Assembly (NCBI GenBank): GCA_030529665.1
Contig: JAUMWL010000002.1
Location: 3,986 to 67,985, forward strand
DNA from: Coriobacteriales bacterium
GTDB lineage: Bacteria; Actinomycetota; Coriobacteriia; Coriobacteriales; Atopobiaceae
DNA length: 64,000 bases
Reading direction: 5' to 3'
The position numbers and the translations under genes are program-made. A model generated the notes under the pieces. It was not told the DNA's origin. It worked only from the letters and a program-made list of their open reading frames with translations, and searched no databases. Positions 57,186 to 64,000 of this stretch are shown here, piece after piece; the first letter of the stretch is position 1, and every line of letters starts with the position of its first letter.

Positions 57186-60053
57186 ATGCGGTGCAACCAC
57201 TGTGGTGCCGAGAACAGAGACGATGCCAAGTTTTGTGGGACATGCGGTCTGCCTATTATCGACGACAGGAAGAGGCGTGGGCAAAGCGCTTTTCGAAGGA
57301 ATTTCGCCTTGGCAATCTCGGTGGCGCTGATAGCAGTCGTGGCGGTGGTCGCATTGCCGCACTTGGTACTGCGCGATGGTGAAGGCGACGGGCATTCAGA
57401 TGTTTCGTCGGTGGAGACAGATGGTAGACATGCGCATGAGCTGCGCCATAACTCGGAGGGCCTTCCTAGCTTCATCATGGGTGAGTTTACGACCAGAAAC
57501 GTAAAGGACAAGGATGACGCGCTTGACGCGGTCGTGGATGCTTCGGGGCTTTTGGAGGTCGATGAAGCCAGGGACCGTCTCAAGTTTAGTCGCGAGGACA
57601 CGGTTGGCGAGTTGACCTTCTACCGCTTTGACCAGTGCTATAAGGACATACCAGTATTCGGGCGCGATATCGTGGTCGTGGTCGATGGGACGGATGTCCC
57701 GAAGGCGTTGTCGGGGGCCATTTTTGCCGGATCAAGCATCGGGACAACACCCAAAATACGCGCTGATGAGCTTGACCCAAAATCTGACGTTGCTCCATAT
57801 CTCAGTTCGGCAGAACTCGTCATTTGGCCAAAGACGAACAATGACGGCGAGCTGTGCTGGAGAATCGAGACGCCGGATCACCTCTACCTCTACAGCGCGG
57901 AGACGGGAGAGCTGGTCGCAAGCTTTGGTACCGTGAGCTACGAGGGGGAGATGCGAAGGGGCAGGGCGAAGAACTATGGCCTTGAGCTTGACGCACTGTT
58001 TGAGGATGACCTCTACATTTCCGAGGACACCAGTCGAAACATACACGTCTTCGACGCGATGGTGCAGGAGATTGACCACGACAACAATTCGTCTCCGGGA
58101 AAGCGCAACGAGTCGGACTGCCCTCTCATGACAGACGAAGACAACGTTTGGGATCGTGATGATGTTGCGAAGGCCTTGGCGAACGTCGAGAGAGCGCACG
58201 ATGCGTATTCGAGATTTTATAGGAATGGCTATGACGACGGAAACGGCACCCTCAATGTTTTCATACGAGTGGGCTCCGACGCGGACAACGTCTCAAACGC
58301 ATGTTCTAACACCGCTGGCTGGGAGAGGGCCAGCAGTGATGGGAAAAGGGAGAGCGTGCCGGCCTTCATCGAGTTCAATACCCAGAATGGCATCTCGTAC
58401 GCCTGCACGCTGCACGAGTATACGCACCTCGTGCAGAGAAGCATATGCCCCATCAAGATGGATGTCATGGGGGAGTCAATACTCGAGGCATATGCCGACG
58501 TGATGGCGATCACGATTGACGAGCAGGCGTCATGGTCGTATGACGACAACTGCAGAAACATCGCCAATCCTCTTGACGAGAACACCTCGGAGGGCGGTCC
58601 CCACGCGATAAGCTACTCCGAAGGTGGTGCGTCCGGGTGGGGCAACGAGGCCCATCACAACAGCACTGCTATCAGCCACGCGGCGTATCTCATGTATGAG
58701 TCAGGCATGACATTCCACGAGCTGAGGACTCTTTGGTATTACTCCATGTTCCTTCTCAACCAGGACTCGGATGTATTCACCTGTCGCTCGGCAATCGAGG
58801 CCTCGGCTGTTCTGCTTGGGTATGACGACGAAAAAGTCACGGCGATAGGAAGGGCCTTTGATGAGGTGGGGATTCCGGAAGAGGTCGTGGAGACCACAAC
58901 CATACCGGGGAGGATCGAGCACTACGATGGCGAGGAAGAGGCGGTAGATAACGACCCCAGGGAGGTGGCAGCCGCTTTCGTCGGCATTTGGTACGACGAC
59001 TGGTCGTTCGACGGGTCAGTCGAGGTCGCGAATGATCGCTCCGTGGAAGACAGGTGCATGGCGCTCATAGACGAGTCCTCGGCGCTCTACGCATCGTTCG
59101 GCGTGGGCGACTACCAGAAGTCGGCGTACTCTGGCCTTGGCAGCGTGGAGACATGCGTGCTTGAGGAGCCGGTGGTGACGAGTGAGGACGGCAACACCTA
59201 CCGAGTCTCCCTGTGGTACACGAGCAAGCAGGAATCGAACGTATCTCCAGGTGCAATCGATCAGGAGAAGTACCAGTTCCTCGCCCAGAGCAGGCGCAGG
59301 GAGGCATCTTGGGATGTCACGGTGTCGGGAGACGGCAAGGTCTCGTCACTCTCGCTGGCACCTCGTGGGCCCTACGTTCTCTCGGGCGTGGTGAGGGTGC
59401 ACGAAGAGGATGTGTATGGCGAGAAGATCTCCGTGGTCTCACTGGCACTTGAGCAGCCGGTAACCTACCTCTATGAGTACAAGTGGACTGAAAAGGCGGA
59501 GGCGCGCGACGTGTTGCTCGAGTCGAGCCAGTCCAACTCTTTTGGCGAGTGGGCGGGGTATGACGGAAGTCCTGTGACGCTCGAGTGTGACGGCCTGCAA
59601 GGCGCATATCACGACACCTCTTTCCTCAACGTGGACTCAATCGCAACCGGCGACGTGCGTCTGATAAGCGCCGATGGCACGAAAAGGGGGACTGAGCACT
59701 CCACCGAAGACGTCGATGAGGTACAAGAGAACGGGCACGTTCCCTCCTCAGATTTTGACGGCAAGGACTACTGGGTCGTGTTCAAGGAGGGCTTCCGTGG
59801 GGGAAGAGTCGAGGCGTCGTCGTTCTCCGTAAGCGACGGGACGCCCGTCCTCGTCTGGGACAAGAGCCTCACGGTATCGGGCGCTGACGTCGAGGGCAAT
59901 GTCAGCCAATTCCGCCTCAACGACGAGGGAGAATGGGAAAAGATTGGCGAGTACGGCATCCCGACCGACTGGGCACTGGAGGTCCTCGCCTCCAATGTGC
60001 CCGTCGTCGATGCGAATGGAAGCAAAATTGAAGTACCAGATAGCCATGCCTAA
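57186..60053 (+). CDS. Membrane-anchored M4 (thermolysin-like) zinc metalloprotease with an N-terminal zinc ribbon and a ~400-aa C-terminal extension
   Basis: The zinc ribbon is MRCNHCG...CGTCG. The TM helix is FALAISVALIAVVAVVALPHL. An FTP/PepSY-like propeptide segment is TFYRFDQCYKDIPVFGRDIVVVV. The active site is HEYTH, with a Glu exactly 20 residues after the second His (ILEAYADV), as in thermolysin. HHNSTAISHAAYLM resembles the M4 C-terminal-lobe motif. Confidence 0.75.
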   Translation: MRCNHCGAENRDDAKFCGTCGLPIIDDRKRRGQSAFRRNFALAISVALIAVVAVVALPHLVLRDGEGDGHSDVSSVETDGRHAHELRHNSEGLPSFIMGEFTTRNVKDKDDALDAVVDASGLLEVDEARDRLKFSREDTVGELTFYRFDQCYKDIPVFGRDIVVVVDGTDVPKALSGAIFAGSSIGTTPKIRADELDPKSDVAPYLSSAELVIWPKTNNDGELCWRIETPDHLYLYSAETGELVASFGTVSYEGEMRRGRAKNYGLELDALFEDDLYISEDTSRNIHVFDAMVQEIDHDNNSSPGKRNESDCPLMTDEDNVWDRDDVAKALANVERAHDAYSRFYRNGYDDGNGTLNVFIRVGSDADNVSNACSNTAGWERASSDGKRESVPAFIEFNTQNGISYACTLHEYTHLVQRSICPIKMDVMGESILEAYADVMAITIDEQASWSYDDNCRNIANPLDENTSEGGPHAISYSEGGASGWGNEAHHNSTAISHAAYLMYESGMTFHELRTLWYYSMFLLNQDSDVFTCRSAIEASAVLLGYDDEKVTAIGRAFDEVGIPEEVVETTTIPGRIEHYDGEEEAVDNDPREVAAAFVGIWYDDWSFDGSVEVANDRSVEDRCMALIDESSALYASFGVGDYQKSAYSGLGSVETCVLEEPVVTSEDGNTYRVSLWYTSKQESNVSPGAIDQEKYQFLAQSRRREASWDVTVSGDGKVSSLSLAPRGPYVLSGVVRVHEEDVYGEKISVVSLALEQPVTYLYEYKWTEKAEARDVLLESSQSNSFGEWAGYDGSPVTLECDGLQGAYHDTSFLNVDSIATGDVRLISADGTKRGTEHSTEDVDEVQENGHVPSSDFDGKDYWVVFKEGFRGGRVEASSFSVSDGTPVLVWDKSLTVSGADVEGNVSQFRLNDEGEWEKIGEYGIPTDWALEVLASNVPVVDANGSKIEVPDSHA

Positions 60054-60284
60054 GGAAGGGGCTTCGCTGGCGGAGGCAACTGAATTGTCGGCGGATTGGT
60101 GATCGGGGTCTCGTGCGTGTCTGACCGCTCGGAATGAAAGGTGTTTTGTTGAGAAGGGTTTTAGCCCAGCTAGTGAGTAACACCTTTTATGATGCTACAT
60201 AGAGACGCGGTTCCCTACGATGACACGAGGACAACGTTCCGACTGAGACTGGTCATATAAAGCGCTGAAACGGAAGGCTCGGTA

Positions 60285-63200
60285 ATGAGGATCTTTATTA
60301 GTTACGGCCACGACCAAAATGTCCCAGTGGTCGACTTGATTCGGCGAGACTTGGAAAAGCGTGGCCACAGGGTCTTTATTGACGAGGCCGACATCAAGTC
60401 CGGCGACGACTGGAGATATTCCATCACAAAGGCCCTTCTTGAATGTGAGACGACGTTCTCGTTTGCTAGTGCCTACTCCGTAAGGGTGCCTGGCGTTTGT
60501 CTCGAGGAGCTATCGATTGCAGTTGGGGTAAAGGGTGCGCTAGTACAGTCAATCGTCCTTGAGGCGAATGTTCGGCCCCCCGCCACCGTTCGCTTCAGAA
60601 ACAGTATAGACATGATTGGATGGCAGTCCCATGTTGGTGACCGCGATGGCCTGGCGTGGTATAAAGATTGGGCCAAACGGCTGCACGATGCCGGGAGGAG
60701 CCCGCAGAGGAAAGCGGTCTTCTCGGAATACTGGGGGTCGTTCTTTACCGATTTCCTGTCCTGTGACGGCAGGTTCCAAGAGTGGTATAAGCCCAAGCTC
60801 GACCAAATCATTGCCGTGGTGGAGGATGCCAGGGTTGTCGAGTACGTTAGCCAAATGAACGAGCTGCGAGCGATTCTTTCCCCTGACGAGGACAATGTCA
60901 AGCAGCATACGTTTGAGAGGGAGGTCTACAACGGCCGTGCATGGCTCAAGGAAATGCTCGACGAGTGGATGGGGGATGAGCACGCTCCGAGAACGTTGCT
61001 GGTAACAGGGGCACCTGGTGTCGGCAAGTCTGCATTCGTAGCGCACGAGCTGTTGTTCAACGAAAGGGTGGGCGCTGCCGTCTACTGCGAGTGGAACAAT
61101 CCAGTGTCAAACAACCCAGAATGCGTGGCCAGATCCATTGCGTTCCAATTGGCAAGCAGGTTCCCAGACTACAGGCTGCGTCTTCTGAACTTGGTCAGGG
61201 GGGAACGCGCCCAGAAAGACAATCCCACGTCTAAGTGTGAAGGCACCGCTTTCGAACGTTACGTCATCAAGCCACTGAAGAACCTGATAAGTGTTTCCCG
61301 TCCTACGATGGTCATACTGGTAGACGGAATAGATGAGCTTGAACGCCCGGGAATCACCACGAAGTGGGATGAAACGATTCCGGGTATGATTGCCTTGCAC
61401 GAGCAGAACCTGCCTCCCTGGATTCGCTTCGTTGTAACTTGCCGAAGACATTCCGACGCAATCTCCCACCTTCGCAAATCGACCCGCGTAGACATTGAGG
61501 AGTCTTCGGGTGAGAACGTGCGGGACGTACGAGAGTACATTGCTCTACGGCTTGAGACCGACTTGAGTGACCGAAGGGTTGAACGCGTTCTCACGGCAAG
61601 CTCTGGCATCTTCCTTCACGCCAAGCTCTTATGTGACGAGATTACCTATGGTTGGGTTGACCCAGATGCCTTGCCACGAGTCCCTCAACCACTAGGCATG
61701 GTATACCGAAGGTACTTCGATCGCATGTTTTCTGATGCGGTTTCAGGTTATGTCGGCGAATCTTTCAAGGGGTATGCTGAGGCGTTTAGTGTTCTCTCTG
61801 TCTGCCCCGAACCGGTGCCGGTTCGGATACTGAGGATGTCGGCTGGTTGGAGCGACCCAGACTTTACGTCGTTCCTGATCCGTTGCGGTCATTTCGCTTC
61901 TGTAGCCGGTGGGTGCGTAACGCTGACGCACAAGTCGATTGCAGATTGGCTGCGTTCGCCGCTTGCCGGAGAATACCAAGTAGACACGGGCCTTGGTTTG
62001 CGGGCGCTCGCCACAGTATGCTTTACAGAGTACGAGAACGGTGTCATGAGGATGGGGGACTTCGGGCTGGCAAACCTGATCGGCTTCGTGGAGGACGCAA
62101 GGGCGTCGTGCTTGTCTCGCTCTGACGATCGCGAAACCTTTGCGCTCATGCTTGACCGTCTGATCTCCGACGTTATTTTGGCTAGGCTACTCCTGAAGAA
62201 GGCCAAGGACAGCATTGCGGTATGTCGATATGACACGGCAGAGTCGTTCTCTCGTGATGCGGTGAGGGTGTTTGGCGGACGACTCAGATCCGGTCGTGGG
62301 GACTCGGAAGACGTCGGGAAATTGGCCGAGGCATACCTTTCTCTTGCGGATTCTCTGGACCTTGCTGTGCGCCTTGAAGAGGCTGTCTCATGCTGTGACG
62401 AAGGCATTCTTGACCTCAGGACCGCGCAAGAGGTTCTCTTCGTCGATGGTGAGCCTGCGTCCCGAGGCATTGGGTATCTCGCCATGAAGCGGGCTTATGT
62501 GTTGTACCGCCTTGGATACCACTCTGACGATGTCGAGAAAGGGTATTGGTCTGCGTACCGATGCCTAAGAAAAGCGGACGAGGCGATCGGCGCTGCCGAA
62601 TCTCTCGTGCGACTAAGCGCCTTCTACCGACAAAACGGCAACAACGCTAAGGCAGCGGGTTGCGCAGACGCAGTCGAGGACTGCCTAGACCTTGCACAGT
62701 GCGCAAAGGATAAACCCGAGTTGTTCTGTTTCATCCGAATCTATCAAGGAGACGCCTACCTTAATGCGGAGAGATTCGATGATGCGGAGGCGTGTTTGCG
62801 CCAAGCAGAGCGGACGTCGTTCGAGCCGTGGGTAAACCTATCTGCTGCGATGAGAGCCCAACTACACTTCCAGCTGTCCTCTCTGTACTACCAACGAGGG
62901 GATTACGAAGATGCCGAAGCCCAAGCAGTGGACGCGCTACGCTTCGAACGTTTGGCATATGGAGAGACGTCCGTAGAATCGTGTAACGGGCTTAACCAGC
63001 TGGGCTGGTGTTTGATGGGTCGCGGCAAACCACGCGACGCACTGAAGCAGTTTGAGGAAAGCTATCGGATACGAAGAATCCTGTACGGTGACGACAATCC
63101 TCTCACGATCATCTCGCTGAGGAACTGTGCGTCTGCACGTATGGAACTGGGAGGAGAACACGTCGAGATGGCCGAAAGCGAGTTGAGCCGCATACTCGCA

Positions 63201-63548
63201 ATCAGAAAGACGATGTATACACGCTCTGACGAGCAAGGCAGGATCGCCGAGACGCTGCTCGACCTCTCAAGCCTGTATTTGAAGACCGGGCGTCACGACG
63301 ATGCGTTTGAGCATGCCGTTATCGCTGAGTCGCTGTATTGCGCGCTTCCAGATGCGATGGAAAACAACAGGCGTAGTATTGCGCGATGTTACGAGCTGAT
63401 TGGCGAAGCGATGAACTCAAAGGGAGAGACGGCCGAAGCCCTCGAGATGCTGGCCAAATCCTTAGATTTGTATGTGTCGGCGTATGGAGAGCACTCGGAG
63501 CATCGTAACGTGGTTCGAGTGCGCAAGCGAATTGCGGGTCTTTCGTGA
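60285..63548 (+). CDS. TIR - NACHT/STAND NTPase - TPR repeat protein
   Basis: The TIR N-terminus is MRIFISYGHDQ...VFIDEADIKSGDDW...VCLEELSIA. Walker A is LLVTGAPGVGKSAFV and Walker B is MVILVDGIDEL. The C-terminal ~450 aa consists of TPR-like helical repeats (e.g. LHFQLSSLYYQRGDYEDAEAQAVDAL, LNQLGWCLMGRGKPRDALKQFEES). Confidence 0.85.
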   Translation: MRIFISYGHDQNVPVVDLIRRDLEKRGHRVFIDEADIKSGDDWRYSITKALLECETTFSFASAYSVRVPGVCLEELSIAVGVKGALVQSIVLEANVRPPATVRFRNSIDMIGWQSHVGDRDGLAWYKDWAKRLHDAGRSPQRKAVFSEYWGSFFTDFLSCDGRFQEWYKPKLDQIIAVVEDARVVEYVSQMNELRAILSPDEDNVKQHTFEREVYNGRAWLKEMLDEWMGDEHAPRTLLVTGAPGVGKSAFVAHELLFNERVGAAVYCEWNNPVSNNPECVARSIAFQLASRFPDYRLRLLNLVRGERAQKDNPTSKCEGTAFERYVIKPLKNLISVSRPTMVILVDGIDELERPGITTKWDETIPGMIALHEQNLPPWIRFVVTCRRHSDAISHLRKSTRVDIEESSGENVRDVREYIALRLETDLSDRRVERVLTASSGIFLHAKLLCDEITYGWVDPDALPRVPQPLGMVYRRYFDRMFSDAVSGYVGESFKGYAEAFSVLSVCPEPVPVRILRMSAGWSDPDFTSFLIRCGHFASVAGGCVTLTHKSIADWLRSPLAGEYQVDTGLGLRALATVCFTEYENGVMRMGDFGLANLIGFVEDARASCLSRSDDRETFALMLDRLISDVILARLLLKKAKDSIAVCRYDTAESFSRDAVRVFGGRLRSGRGDSEDVGKLAEAYLSLADSLDLAVRLEEAVSCCDEGILDLRTAQEVLFVDGEPASRGIGYLAMKRAYVLYRLGYHSDDVEKGYWSAYRCLRKADEAIGAAESLVRLSAFYRQNGNNAKAAGCADAVEDCLDLAQCAKDKPELFCFIRIYQGDAYLNAERFDDAEACLRQAERTSFEPWVNLSAAMRAQLHFQLSSLYYQRGDYEDAEAQAVDALRFERLAYGETSVESCNGLNQLGWCLMGRGKPRDALKQFEESYRIRRILYGDDNPLTIISLRNCASARMELGGEHVEMAESELSRILAIRKTMYTRSDEQGRIAETLLDLSSLYLKTGRHDDAFEHAVIAESLYCALPDAMENNRRSIARCYELIGEAMNSKGETAEALEMLAKSLDLYVSAYGEHSEHRNVVRVRKRIAGLS

Positions 63549-63688
63549 TTCGTATGACCTTGCACAGACGTTTCTCGCTGGTACAACGATGCAGTTTCAG
63601 GCTTTGCGCAATGCGGGCAATGGTGCATCTCTATCATGACAATTACTTGGGATTGCCTTCAGTTGGGGCGGAATGGATGTGAGGACAC

Positions 63689-63970
63689 ATGAGTGATTTG
63701 AATAACATCATCGTCTTGCAAGACGATGAAGGCGGGGATGTCGAGTTCGAGTTTCTCGATTTAATTGAGTGGGAGGAATCCGAATACGTTGTGCTTCTTC
63801 CCGTCGAGGACGATGACAGTGGTCTGCCCGAAGTCGTGATTCTTAGAATAGAGGAAACCGACGAGGACGAAATTGAAGTGTACTCCTCTGTGGATGACGA
63901 AGCACTCCTTATGCGCCTATTCGAAGTGTTCAAAAGCAGATTTAAGGACACCTTTGATTTTATCGATTGA
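63689..63970 (+). CDS. DUF1292-family small acidic protein
   Basis: The sequence is IIVLQDDEGGDVEFEFLDLIEWEESEYVVLLPVEDDD...EVVILRIEETDEDE...DDEALLMRLFEVFK. This is the characteristic DUF1292 (UPF0473) pattern. It is probably core genome. Confidence 0.75.
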   Translation: MSDLNNIIVLQDDEGGDVEFEFLDLIEWEESEYVVLLPVEDDDSGLPEVVILRIEETDEDEIEVYSSVDDEALLMRLFEVFKSRFKDTFDFID

Positions 63971-64000
63971 GAAGCCCCGCAGGTCCGGTGTCTCCTAGAT

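Noticed and set aside
1-64000. Search for tRNA, rRNA, CRISPR, integrase or attachment-site direct repeats bounding the island
   Set aside because: I saw no cloverleaf-like tRNA sequence, rRNA or tyrosine/serine recombinase motif by eye in any intergenic region or ORF. A systematic repeat search (tRNAscan-SE, Infernal, self-BLAST) is needed, so the absence is provisional.

Overview
This is high-GC, Gram-positive-style DNA. Most starts have a GGAGG-type ribosome-binding site 5-10 nt upstream. ChW repeats, BspA/DUF285-type LRRs and a DUF1292 gene suggest a Coriobacteriia-like actinobacterium, but that is inference only. I found no rRNA, tRNA or CRISPR array. Many long ORFs in the track are antisense shadows of real genes, as is typical of GC-rich DNA. 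Almost the whole window is accessory and reads as a composite conflict/defence island with eight parts. (i) 0-6.2 kb: a type II R-M pair (PD-(D/E)XK nuclease plus C5 methyltransferase) and a 1,324-aa protein with a Cap4/DUF4297-like nuclease head and a P-loop. (ii) 6.2-14.8 kb: orphan genes, a sigma-70-like protein with a long N-terminal extension, an MBL hydrolase, a truncated GuaA-derived PP-loop ATPase coupled to an unknown gene, and membrane proteins including one with HExxH. (iii) 15.0-34.0 kb: a phospho-signalling supercluster. It holds a Ser/Thr kinase fused to BspA-type LRRs, two pseudokinases, a 903-aa FHA protein, a PHP phosphoesterase, a CbbX/SpoVK-type AAA+ ATPase and a soluble TraG/VirD4-like ATPase. 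Divergently transcribed from these is a TerY-type vWA / PP2C / atypical-kinase triad plus a membrane protein. (iv) 34-37 kb: a DEDDh exonuclease and a frameshifted ChW-repeat wall hydrolase. (v) 37-45 kb: a Zn-ribbon-TIR-TM-beta-propeller protein, a surface-protein gene remnant, and a polytopic membrane protein translationally coupled to a DUF4062-NACHT-propeller STAND NTPase. (vi) 45.1-52.4 kb, visibly more AT-rich: small membrane and repeat proteins, a 26-bp perfect hairpin, a MITE-like inverted-repeat element, an ISL3 transposase remnant, and a RiPP operon (39-aa Cys-rich precursor, PqqD, two radical-SAM/SPASM enzymes, an ankyrin-like protein, a PARG-type macrodomain). (vii) 52.7-56.7 kb: a second FHA / PP2C / kinase-RyR module. 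(viii) 57-63.5 kb: a membrane-anchored M4 metalloprotease and a TIR-NACHT-TPR STAND protein, followed by a DUF1292 gene that probably marks the return to core genome. The best candidate for an undescribed system is (iii). All domain calls come from motifs read by eye; no database search was possible.
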